From: Neovahlkampfia damariscottae
Lineage: Eukaryota
Assembly (NCBI GenBank): GCA_016618085.1
Contig: JABLTG010000001.1
Coordinates: 248,001 to 312,000 of the forward strand
Direction of reading: 5' to 3'
DNA: 64,000 bases
Below are positions 25,127-38,448 of this stretch, piece by piece (positions within the stretch are counted from its first letter, which is position 1; every line of letters begins with the position of its first letter). Made by a program: the position numbers and the translations under genes. A model generated the notes under the pieces. That model did no database searches, was not told where the DNA came from, and saw nothing but the letters and a program-made list of their open reading frames with translations.

Positions 25127-28100
25127 TTATTCAATATTAATTTGAATAACATTATTTGATTGATCAATATTTGATGAATATTTACCTTTATCAACAAAAT
25201 CTTCTGTACCCATATTACAATATAAACAACAACAATAACGTAAATCCTTTTTAACTTTAGTTTTTGAATTATTTGGTATTTCTTCTAAACCACAAAGTCC
25301 ACCACAACATAACCATTGAGATTTTCTTTCTTTACCATCTGAATGAGAATAATAAAATGGATTAAATTCTACATCTATGACACCATTTTCATTTTCTGAC
25401 CATCTAAATACTCTATATAAAAATCTAATTCTTTTATAATTTCTTCTTTTTGTTTTATCTTCAATTCGATTAATGATCGTACCTAATTTAAATACTTCTT
25501 TTTCATAAACTAAAATATTTGCAACAAATGAATATTTAATTGGAATTAGAGGAAATAAACACCATCTTGAAAATTCACCTCTTTTTCTTTGATATTTAAA
25601 AATTGGAAATAATAATATTTTAACATCTTTTGGTAAATATGAAAATCTAATAAAAGATATTTGACGAAGAAAATACCAAAATATAGCTAATTTAAATAAT
25701 TTATCAGATTCTCTTTCAACATAAAATATTGTTATTAAATACATAGTATCAATAATTCTTTCATTTTCTTTTTTTCTTTCTAAATAAAATATTGATACAT
25801 ATTTGTGTAATAACCAAAATATTGAAATTGAAAATATTTCATTTTTTTCATCTTTTTTAGATTCTAATCTAAATAGATAAAATATATATATTCCTTTTAA
25901 AAAGTATTCAGAATTATTATAAAATGAATAAATTATTGAAAATAATGATATTTTATAATACAAAAGATAAAACATACAAAATTCATTTTCTTTTTCTTTT
26001 TTATAAAAATAATATATTAAAATTGAATATGATAATATTAAATCATTATCTTTTTCAAAATAAAATAAACTTATTCTTCTATTAAATATCCAAATCAATG
26101 AAAAATATATTGATTGATCATTGGTCAATTGATTATTACCAATTATAGTATCAGTAATACTATTTTTACTTTTTGTTTTGATTTCTAATCTTGTTAATAA
26201 GAATATTAATAATCCATAATTTTCTTTTTTTCTCCAAATTTGTGATAATGATATTCTTTTAATAATTATCCAAAATAGAAATAATTCTGATCTATTTTCA
26301 TTTTGATTAAAATAAAATAAAAGTAATAAAAATGATTTGTATGTTGGTAATAATGATTGTTTTGATGATATTTTTGATACATAAAATATTGAAAATAAAT
26401 TTGACCAAAACCAAAATAAACAAAATGATGTCTCATTGGTTGATTTATAATCTGTTTTATTTTGATATCTAAATATTAAAAATAATAATATTCCTTCATC
26501 TTTTAACAATTCATTTGAAGATTGAATCCATTTTTCAAATAAAGATATCTTTTTATAAAAGAACCAAATGAAATATAGATTATATTTTAACATTGTTGAA
26601 TTCTTAATATATTTTTCAAAATGATAAATGAAAAGTAAATAAGATTGAACATGAATAGTTTGTGAATTAATATATCTATTATAATAAAATATTGATATTT
26701 TTGAATGAAAAATCCAAAGAATTGAAATTACATTTTCATTATCATTTAATTTCATCTTATTTGATATTAATATCCAAGGGAATATATAAAAATATGATTC
26801 ATTATTTAATGAATATTTATAATATTTAATAAAAGATGAAGTTGATATTTTTGAAAATGAACTGTCATTTTTAAACCAATAAGGTATTGTTATAATATTA
26901 AATGAATAATAATCTTTTAAATTTTGAATTAATATTAATAATATAATCCAAAATGTATATTCTTCTTTATTTTTATTTAAATAAATTAAACTTATTTGAT
27001 TTTTAAATAACCAAAATATTGAATAAGATTGTATATTAACATCATTCATTAATTTATAATAATATAAAATGAAACAATAAAATGTAATATCTTTTTCAAT
27101 AATACTATAATGTATTAAACTTAAATATTTTGTTAAATAAAATATTGAATATCCATTTTCATTTAATACATTATTTGATATTGCATTAATATCATATTTA
27201 TAAATAAAAGGATAAAAATAAAATCCAATTTCTTTTGAATTAGAATTTAATATATTCCAAATTTGAATAAAAGATAATGATTTATAAAATAAATATAATC
27301 CATATAATGTATTTGAATTAGAATTAGAATCATAATGAATCATTAAATAAATATAAAATCCAGATGATGAAATTGATTTTGAATCATTATATTTCCATCT
27401 TTGAATTAAAGATATATGTTTATTCAAAAAATAAAATAAATAATATATATAATTTTTTTGATTCTTATTTTCTTCATAATATATTATTGGATAAATATAA
27501 TATCCATTACATATAGAATCAATTTTATTATTCTTCCAATATTGAATTAAACTTAAATTTGGATGAAAAAAATAAAAAATATGGGTTGTTTGTTTTTTCG
27601 AGTTTTGATTTGAACTAATAATTTGATTGGTTGAAATAAAATAAATCCAAGGAAATACAAAGAATCCATTATTATCTTTGTTTTTCCATTTTTGATAAAC
27701 TGAAATCTTTTTATAAAAGAAATAAAACATATAAACCCTTTTTGAATTTTTGAATTGATCAAAATGATAAAAAGGATAAATATAAAATCCATTTGATATT
27801 TCATTTTTCCAATATTGAATTAAAGATAATTGTTGATGAATAAAATAAAATATATATAGTTTGTTCACTTTTTGATTTTTAAAATAATAAAATATTGAAA
27901 ATAAATGACATAAATATTGATCATTTGAATTATTATTATTTTTTAATGATTCAAAATGAAATAAAGAAATGAATCTATTTAAAAACCAAAATAAAGAGAA
28001 TGAATAAGTTTGAATATTATTTGATTCTTGTATTATATTTAAATATAATGGATAAAAATAATGACATGTATAATGTTCATTTATATTTTGTGATTCATAA

Positions 28101-31100
28101 TTTGATAATCTACCTGATAATGCAATCTTTTTATAAAATAACCAAAATAAATATAAATTATTTTCAATTAATTCATTTTGACCAGTACCAACACCAATAC
28201 CAGTACCAACTTTTGAATCATCATTTAATTGTTCATAATAAAATAATAATAAAAAATGATATGATTTCTCTTCTAATGTATTTATACTTTTCATTTTTAA
28301 TTTATAATTTATAATTGAAATTGGAATTGAATCATTCCATGGAATTGGTAAATATAATATCTTATATATTTTTAAAAGATTATCTTTATTTGATTGATAA
28401 TATAATGGAAATATATAAAATTGATTAAATGTATCTTTTAACTGATATCCAATAAATGATAATCTTCTATGAAATAACCAAAATAATTCAATATAATTAA
28501 TATTTTCATTCTTTTTAAAATATAAAAATATAGGTTGAATAAAGAATAAAATGAATTCATTATTCTTTTTAAATTTAATTAAAGTTAAAAATGGATGTAA
28601 AAACCAAAGTATTGATATTTCAAATTGTTTCTTTTTTGATTTTATATTTCTTAAATGATTTGAATAATATAATAAAAATATTATTATTTTATCTTCTTCA
28701 ATATCTTTTTTAATATGTTTAGTTTTATTAAATAATGAAATATATGGATGAAGAAAAAATAAAATTGAAAATTGTTTATGATTTAAATAAAAATCATTAG
28801 ATTCAATAGAATCATATTTTGATGAAAATATTAATGGAAATATCCAATATAAATAATGTGTTGTATCAAATTCAAAATGAATTAAACTATATGATTTCCA
28901 AATGAATAATATATCAAAATATGAATGTTTTTCATCTTCAATATATTCATCTAATAATAAGTCAATTTCATTGGTTGATATTTTATATTCACCAAATTTC
29001 TTTTGTAATTTTGATCTTAATGAATTTGTATTCCAATAAAATATTGGAAATAAATAAATCATTTTTGAATAAATATGTGTATTTTTATAATTTAAACTTC
29101 TAGTTATTTCATATCTACATAATGCAAGTGTAAATAAATATATAAATCTAAAATCAAAAGTACCATCTAATTTTGAGAATGAAATTGAAAATATTAATGG
29201 TAAGAATGTATTTAAATCTATTATTTTTAATCTTTCTGTTTTTAAATAAAAATAAAATAAAAATAAAATTGAAATATAAGTAATATCAAATGAATGATGT
29301 AATACATTAGATATTGAATTATAAATAGTTAATGAACAAAATATTGGTATTAAAATAATAAATTTAAATTGTTCATTTGAAATATAAAAAAATATTGGAA
29401 ATATTGTAATAAAGATAGAAACTAATTCATTAGATATCTTTTTAGATTTTTTAAAAAATAATAAAATCCAAAATGTTTGATTCACTTGATATTCATTACA
29501 TTGATTATCTTTTGATTTAATAGTTTCAATATATCCACTAAATAATCCAAATAAAATTAAATGAATAGATAATTGTGAAAAATGATCAAAATGATATTGA
29601 TATTTAATATATATTGGTGTTAATATTATATTATAATTATTGAATTTATATTCACCTAAATAATTTAAGTTAAAAATTAAAAGTGTTACAATAAATAAAT
29701 GAAAATATAAATCTACCAATAGAATTTGAATAAAATATTAAAAATAAAGATAGAATTATCCAATCTTTTTTTTTTGTTACTTTTTTTAAACTTGATTCTA
29801 AATAGAATAAAAGAGGTAAAAATAAGAATTGATTATTAAATTCATCAAAATTCTCTTTAAATTTTAATTGTGATAATATCAAAAATAAATAATAATGTTT
29901 CTCATTTAAACCATTGATAGATCCATCAAAATGATAGGTAATGAATGAAATTAATAAATAAAAAGAAAATGTTTGTTTTTCATTTATTTCATTTTTCATT
30001 TCTAATGAACCATAAATCCAAAAGAATAAAAATGAATCATTCTTTGATTTGAATTTAAAAAATAATAATAATAATATTAATATTGGATCTTCACCTGTCT
30101 TTATAAAACTAAAGAATAATGGTAAAATATACCAATTTGAATCTTTTCCAATTTTTGAAATATAAAATGGAAAGACAATTTTAAGATTATCTTGATTGGA
30201 TAATTTTGTTGAATGATAATAAATTAAAATATAACTAAATTCATATTCATTTTCTTTTCTTCTCCAAAAATAAAAAAATAAAATACTCTTCCAATGATCA
30301 ACTGAATCCTTTTGATTTTGATTGGATAATCTAAATTCCCAATTTGAAATATAAAATGGAAATAAAAAATAAAAATGATTTGAAATATGATTTGATATTG
30401 ATTTTGAATGATAATAAAATAATAGAATAGATAATATTGAATAATTTTTTGATAAATCTTTGTATTCAAAAAATAAAAAAGGTGATAATTTCCATTGATT
30501 TTGTTTTTGTTTTTTAAAAAAATAAAATGGAAATATAATTAATGATTCATCACCATTTAATATATTTTTATAAGAATAATAAATTGATCTTTTATAAATA
30601 GTATATTGATTCTTTACATTTTCAAAATAATAAATTAAAAATAAATGAATAATCTCTTTATCATTAAATTTATATTCTTTATAAATTAATAAATATATTT
30701 TTGTTATTTCATCAAAACCTGTGGATTGATGTTTAATTGAATTAAAATAATAAAATATTGAATAAATATAAATTGAAAATTCATTTAATTTAATTTGATG
30801 ATAATACATTAATATTGGTATTATTTTTAAATCTTGTTTTAAATCTTTAAAATAATAATAAATTAAATATAAATGTATTTTTTTAGATGTTAATGTTAAA
30901 TTATTTTCTAAAACTAAAATTAAACATATTCTTTTAAAATTTATATTATTAGTTTGATAATATGAATAATAAAATATTGAATATAATTTACTTTCAATAT
31001 AATCTCCATTTTGTTGTTTTTTAATAAAATAATAATACATTAATATTGGTATGATTTTAACTTTTTGATCATTATTTAAATTAGATTCATAATAGAATAT

Positions 31101-32653
31101 TAAAAATAATTTCATTTCTTCAATATTATTTTTAAATTGAAAATATATTAAACCAATTAAATACCATTTTAACTTTTTTGATTCTTCTGAAATATAAAAG
31201 AATGTATAAAATTTAAATGAATAATTATCATTTAAATTTTGATTATTTGATTTAATTTTACAATAAATTGGAATAAAAAATAAAATGAATAATATTTTAT
31301 CATATGAATTGATATTATTAATAGTACTATTATTAGTGTTAATAGTACCAGTAGTATCATTAATAGTCAATAAATCTTCTTTTATTTTTGAATGATATAA
31401 TGATAATAAATATAAATTTCTTTCCAAATTCTTTAATTTTGTATGAATTAAAAATAAAGAATATATTTTAATATTAAATTCAATTTTTTTTAAATTAAAA
31501 TAAAGAAATAAAGGAATAATTGAAAAATATTCAACTTCATTTTCTTGAATTAAATAATAAATAGGTGATATTAATTTAATCACTTTCTTAAAAATACCAT
31601 TTTTATCTTTATTTGAATAATAAGTAATATAAAATGGTGTTATTATTCTAAATTCATAATCTTCAATAATTCTATCAAAATAAATTAAAAATATAAATGT
31701 TATATTTCTAATTTGATTGGTTACTTTTGATATTTCTCTTTTAATATGAATAATACCAAATATACCCCAATAATAATATTTTCTATTAATTTGATTTACA
31801 TTCTTTAAATAACCAAATAATATATAACCAGAATAACCATCATTATGTGTTCTTAACCAACAAAATGGAAATATACGTAATGATTTATAATTATCTTTCT
31901 TTTTTAATTTAAATAATGGCCATAAAATATGAAATATAAATCCATCATACTTTTTATATTTTGAATAAATAATGAATGGAAAACATATTGACCATTGTTT
32001 AAATTCATTTTTATTTTTAAATGTTTCAATATATCCAAATATAAATAATAAATGATTTAAATAAAATGTTGAACTTTTATAATAAAAATATAATGGTAAT
32101 ATAATTGAAAATGAATATGAATCAAATTTAAATTTAAAATAAAATGGAAATAATATTCTTATTTTATTCTCTTCTTTTTTAATATTTTCAAAATATAATG
32201 GTAATATATGAAGATATCTTTGTTGAATATTATTTTTATATGAATATATTAATCCACCAAATATAAAAAATATACTTCTTTTTTTCTTATTACAATATGA
32301 ATAATATAAAAATAATGGTAAAAAAAAAAAGATTTGACTTGAATCATAAATTGATAAATAAAATGAATAAAAAAATAATTGAATAGTAAATTCATATTGA
32401 TTTGGATCATTATTTTGTTTTAAAGAAAATAAAAAGGGATTAATTCGATAAAACTTTTCTTCATAATTATTTCCATCTGATCCTTTTTTTGTATATCTTG
32501 TATATTTAAATAATGGCCAAAGTATTTCACTTTCAGTTTGTCTTTATAAAAATTTAATAAACTCTTTCTTTTGTAAATTTACTCTTTGTTACTCTGATGG
32601 GAAATTAGTGGCCATGCTGTGATTAAAAAATCACGATCAAATTCATCAGTCAT
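25127..32653 (-). CDS. Giant (~2,483 aa) aromatic-rich repeat protein of unknown function
   Basis: Exons 32653-32583, 32541-29690 and 29655-25127 are joined by GT-AG introns of 41 and 34 nt with consistent phases (exon 2 upstream of 31583 was spot-checked, not fully translated). Repeats such as LWPLF, IFPFY, IFW.FH..ISLF; Cys-rich C-terminus. Confidence 0.8.
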
Positions 32654-32780
32654 CACTTCTATTTGTGTTTATTTATGAAAAAAAAACGATTGAACTCAAG
32701 AACAAACAGTATCGTAATTGGTCTAAAGTGTCGTGGTCATTTATTGGTTAACAATTCTCCGTTTATTTTTCATTGGTGAA

Positions 32781-33186
32781 ATGAATTCTTTACGTTATTG
32801 CAAAAATATATTGAAGTCTGGAAAGAGAACAAAAATTAATTTTATTCAATCAAACAAATCTACAAGTGGAGCAAATGAAAACGCTTTGTTTTATAGGTAC
32901 AGAGAACTCTATTCATTTTAAACATTTTTTATAGAACACCTAAGAATACCTTCCTTTTTGGAAAAGACATTTCATTGTTGCTAACAATAAATGACGAAGA
33001 TGATGGTGAGTACCTTTTCAAACCTTTTTCATTAATCAACTCATTTTTTCATTGAAAAATGGAGAATTAAATCACACTTTTTGTTATTTTCAAAAATAAT
33101 TTCACATATTAACACACATAGATGGATAATAACATTTTTTTAGATGCCTGATTAACATATAGTTTAACATTTTTTTAGATACATAA
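32781..33186 (+). CDS. Small (~65 aa) protein with a basic N-terminus and acidic tail ...NDEDD(DG/DA/V/DT)*; alternative terminal micro-exons
   Basis: ATG 32781, intron 32897-32934, GTGAGT donor at 33006, candidate acceptors ending 33121, 33143, 33162 and 33178, each followed by an in-frame stop within 1-2 codons. Confidence 0.55.
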
Positions 33187-33302
33187 AAATATCTTTTTAT
33201 TATAAAATTATTTTTTTCTTCTTTCTTTAACCAAATCCAAACCAAACCAACAAAACATCGATAACTCAAAATAAAAAGAGAATACGTAAAATAGAAAATA
33301 TA

Positions 33303-35644
33303 TTAATCCTTTTTCAATTCTTCTTCAAGTTGTTCTTTTGCAGAGTTTGCCAATTCTAATAATTTTTTTAATTGATCAATTGAAGTATCATTATTTTCTT
33401 TTAATGTTTTTAATTCTTCTGAATCCACTGAAAAATCAATATTTGAATCAAAGTTTGTAGTTGAGTTTGTTGTTCCTAATGTTTGTAATTTTGTAATCTT
33501 TTTTGATTCATTATTTGTTGTACCACTACTACTACCACCACCATAAAACATTATTGATGAATTTAATTTTGATATTTGTGATTCTAATTTTAAATATTTT
33601 TCTTTTAAATGATCATTTTGATTTCTAAAGAGGGTATAATGTTAAAATAAGATATAATATATTATTACTTTAAATCTCTTAATGATTCATCTAATTCATC
33701 TTGTTTTATTTTAATTTCTAAATTTGATTCACTTCCTGTTGAATCTTCAATTAATTTATTTAAAATTAAAATATTTGTCAATTTATTTTCAAATTCAATT
33801 AAATTTTGATTATTCAAATGATTAAATTTAATATTTGAAATTTCTTTTGATATTCCAACCAACATTGAAGAATCATTCCAAACAAGTTGAAGTGATTTTG
33901 ATTTGAATTTTCTACCTTTAAACTGTTCTGGTATAATTAAACGAACATGTTCTTTTTTATTGATTCCTTTTAAATCTTGCGCGCCTAAATCTTGTACAAC
34001 AGTTCTTATTGGTGTATCTGATTTTTCTTTACTTTGGCATAAAGCATCCCAAGCACCTTCTGAAATGATAACTTGACCACCTTGAGTGTAAGAAGTTATA
34101 ATAGATGCCTTGTGAACAATATCACCAAAATATTTTACACGACTTGAATCATCAACAATATATTCAGGTATACCAGAATCAACACCCATTCTACATCTCA
34201 ATCCAAAAAATAAATCAGGTTGTTTTTCATTTTTAATTAATTCTTTTGGCCAATTTAATTCCATTAAACTTATTTGACATAATAAACAAAATTTAATTGC
34301 TTTTCTTATACTTGAAAATGCAACAATAAAACTATCTGTATCAGATGGTGAAATATATCCTAATGTTTCATTTGCTTTTTCTTTTATCATTTCAGAATAT
34401 AATGAAATAGTTTCTTTCATTTCTTCATTGGTTAAATTCCATAAATTTGAATTTCCTTCAATATCACAACATACAATTGTAACTTGATTTTGAATTGGAT
34501 TATGACTATATGATGTAAATCCTTTCTTTTCATTTTCAAAAATTGAAAGTCTTAATTTTAAATTTGAAAGTATTTCATTGGTTTCAATATTATTTTCTTT
34601 AATTAATTTAAATTCATTCTTCAATTCATTTATAATTTTATGTGTTTCATTACTCTTTAATGTATCATTTGAATTACTATTACCATTAAGTTTTTCTTTT
34701 AATTCTTTTTTTTCTTTTTCTAATCCACGTATAATACCTTTATACTCTGTAATTTTTGATGCAAATTCAGATGCTTCAGATGATGGTGTTTTTGGTGTTG
34801 ATGATTTTGGTGAATTCTTTTTTTTTTTTTCATCTGAAATATTATTGGCAGATAATCTTGTTAAATCTATTTTTGGTACATTTTCATTTTTATCATTTTG
34901 TTTAAAATTATGTAAACTTGATTTTTTGGTAAAATTTGGTGCACTACCAAAACTTTGAAGAGTGGAGTGTTTACGAACATCATATTTTTTTTTTTCTTCT
35001 TTTTCAATTTCAGGTAATTCAATTTCTGTTTGTTCTCCTTCTTCTATAACTACAAATCTTGTCGTTGATTTTCTTGGTGATTTCATAGGTCTATAAAAAA
35101 ATATGAATATAATTTACTTCATTACCCTTCACCAAATTCTTTCATCCAAAGTGTAGCAAATGATACTTTAAGTATACCTTTAAATTTATCTGTTGTTTCA
35201 AATGGAAATAAAACCGTTTTCTTCATTGAATTTTCTTCAGAATAAAAAGGTTGAACAAAGTCACCAATATTTGTACTAACATATGATAATTTGGAATCTT
35301 CATCTTTAATACAAAAGGTAATAAGTTGATCTGCACCATAAAATGATTTTAAATTGAATCGAATTGTCAAATCAAAATATTCATTAAATTCACAAACAGC
35401 AGTTTTATGACCTTTATTTTTAGAAACAAGTTAAATTACCATTAACTGAATTTTCGATGGCTTTTAAAGATTTTGTTTCTTTTTTTATTTTTGTAGACAC
35501 TTTTGAAACAACAACAAAAGATTTTCCAATGTAACTTGATTTCTCCTCTTCGCTCAATGGTTCCATGTCAAATATTGAGTGAACATAAAGTTTCACCAAA
35601 CAGTCAGCCTGGTCAACATTCCTTGGACTCAACAGCTTAAACAT
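33303..35644 (-). CDS. C2-like N-terminus + coiled coil + class III nucleotide cyclase-like domain
   Basis: VTIVCCDIEG.S.LW, DSFIVAFS, WPKEL, FFGLRCRMGVDSG, YFG..V..AS, GGQVIIS, QDLKGI; several introns. Confidence 0.8.
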
Positions 35645-35802
35645 AATGAATGAAAAAAATGTTAATGATTGGTTGGTTTTTTGGTCAAGAAAAAAAAGTA
35701 ATAAAAAGAATTTTTCTCAAGCATTTGAGAGAAAATGAATGTGTGAAAAGTAAAAAATCAAAACATCGTTTGATTGGTCAATTGAAAAAAACGTTAAAAA
35801 AA

Positions 35803-36624
35803 ATGAGCGGTGAGGAGAATAAGACACCACAAAAAAAAACACCACGAAAAACATCCAAAACAAAAAATTCAACAAGAAATTTTCAATCACCAAAACAAAC
35901 TTCGAATTCCAGCAATTTTTATGAGTTTGAAACTAAAAAATTCTTTGATGATGTATATAATGCTACTTTAGATTATGGTTGTGATGGACTGGATGATATT
36001 CAAATGATACTGAACAAAAAATTACCTGACTCAAAAAACACAGAAATCATTAAAGAATCACTGAATAAAGCACAAGATATGCTCACGAATGCCATAAATT
36101 ATAGTGTAGATGCTTTTGAATTGTACGTTACACCAAATGTTCTTGAATTACCAAAAGGATTTAGAAAAATTCAAGATACCAAAGTAAACAATGAAAGTAA
36201 TTTATCAGAAAATGATGAAAATGAATTGAATGAAAAGATAATAAAATTAAGAAAAGAAATTAATGAAGTAAATTAAAAAGAAAATTAAAAAAATATTTTT
36301 AGGAGTACAAGAGTCTTCAAATTATTAAAACCAAAAATGAAACATTAAAAAAAGAATTGGACTTTTTTGATTCAAATAAAACAAATTTTGAAAAAATTGA
36401 TAAAATTTGTAAAGAAAAGAATGGTAAGAATAATAATAAATTAAATTTAAAAAGTGGATTCTCTTTCTGATTTAATGAAAAAGTTATCAGTGGAAGCAAA
36501 AAAATTAAATGAAACTTTTCAAAATTTACAACTTTCTCAAAATGATAAAGAAATAAATGAAGAGAATACATCAAAAAAGAAAAAAGAAATTGATGATTTT
36601 TCAAATACTTTATCATCCAAATAA
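35803..36624 (+). CDS. MIS12: Kinetochore protein Mis12
   Basis: FFDDVYNATLDY...VDAFELYVTPNVLELP matches the two conserved Mis12 blocks, followed by a coiled coil; introns at ~36268-36302 and ~36424-36453. Confidence 0.7.
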
Positions 36625-36659
36625 ATGTTTTTGTTGTTGTAAAACTTGTTATCAAATAT

Positions 36660-38354
36660 TTATTGTGTTTCTGTGAGTTTGTGTAAGAATTTTTCAACAA
36701 ACATATCAATTGGAGCAGAATCTGGCAATGCAATAGCTGTTCCATAAACACCTGCACTAGAATTAAATTTCTTTGGGTCTTCCTTCACCAAATTCATTGA
36801 TTTTTGAAGATCAATGAGAAATTGTTTTCCTTTTCCAATATGATTTTGTGTTAAACAAATATGAAGTCCACTTGGATTTAAAATTGCATTCACTTCCCAA
36901 CCTAATGTCTTTAAAGCATCCATGAGTCTAAAAACAAACAATTTATCCAATCCAACTACTGACCAAGCAATAACAGGACCATAAGGATTTCCCAAAACTT
37001 GAATATTTTCCATTTTCTTTAATCCTTCCAAAATTATATTGAATTCTTTAACAATTTTCTTTGTGACTTCTTCATAACCAGAATCACCAAGTGCCATCAA
37101 AGAAGTCCAACAAGTTGCGACTAAACCACCAGGTCTTGAACCAGCAATAGTTGGTGTAGCATAAATACCTCCTGTCCACATTGATGATATAAAAAACATG
37201 TGTTTTTTTAATTCAAAATTTTTAAATAAAATGACACTTGAACCTATGGTTAAAGATGTAAGTCAAAATAAAATTTTAAAACCTTTGGTTGCATATCCAT
37301 ATTTATGTGTATCAACAGATATTGAAGAAACACCTTCAACTGAAAAATCAAATTTTGGTACGTTCAAAGAATCATCTCTTTTTGCAAATGGTAGATAAAA
37401 ACCACCTAAACAACAATCAACATGAAGACCAACATTATACTTGATTGCAAGTTTAGCTAAATCTTCAATTGGGTCCATAACACCAACTGAATAACATGGT
37501 GAAGAACCTACAATTAAAATTGTTGATGATGAAATCTTTTTTTCAACTTCTTTTGGGTCCAATTGAAATGTTTTTTGATCAACATCAAGTTCAATATATT
37601 CAATACCAAAATAGTGACATCCTTTTACGAAGGCAGCATGCACTGTATTTGAACAGATACTTTAAAACAAATTTAATTTTTTTTAAAAGATAGTTACATT
37701 TCTGGATTTTGAATTCCTTTTGATTTACCATAATCTCTATAAGCTTTTAACGCCATTAAAATAGATTCTGTTCCACCAGAAGTGATTGCACCACATGTAT
37801 CATCTGAACCTCCAAGCATAAATTTGGTCATGGAAATAACTTCACTTTCCATTTTACAAGTTGCAGGAAAACTCCAATTATGAAGTGGATTAGAATGAAC
37901 AAATAACTTATAAGCGTCACAAAGTAAATCCACATGCTCTTTATCACCATTGTAAATTGTACCACTTGCTGTAAGATTTCCATGATGTTTCTCTTCTTCT
38001 TCAACCATTTTTTTTAATCTTCCAAGAAGTTCTTCTTTAGGAACACCATTTTTTGGTAAGATTTTAGTTTTTGGGTCGGAAAGTTGAAGCATGGTATCAA
38101 ATGTTTTTTTGACTTCTTCATCTGTTTGTTTTTCGATTTTATCAGTTGCTCCCGGTATTTTTAAAAGAGCTTTGAATAATAATGATTGAATTCCTGTTTC
38201 GAAAGTTACTAAAAATTGGTTACATACCTTTTGGATGACTAAGAAGTTTATATAAGCCATAACCAAGTGAAAGTGAACCTGCTGTGCCTAAAATTAAAGT
38301 TGTTGGTTTAACATCTTTTAATTTATCATTCAAATCGTCAAGGTATTCTGCCAT
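36660..38354 (-). CDS. SGPL1: Sphingosine-1-phosphate lyase
   Basis: SGTIY, SNPLH, TSGGTESI, HAAF.KG, HVDCCLGGF, SVDTHKYG (PLP lysine), WTGGIYATPTIAGSRPG; three introns. Confidence 0.93.
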
Positions 38355-38448
38355 CTTTGAACGGAAAAATTTAATTCAATCAAAAATAAACAAGTATTTT
38401 TATTGGTCAACTTTTTTGGTTCTTTTTTCAATTTTCCTTAATCACTAA

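Noticed and set aside
29656..29719. Apparent programmed frameshift between overlapping ORFs 29670..31583 and 25127..29719
   Set aside because: A 34-nt GT-AG intron (29689-29656) joins the frames exactly. The same explanation holds for 758/761, 43921/43930 and 57232/57263.
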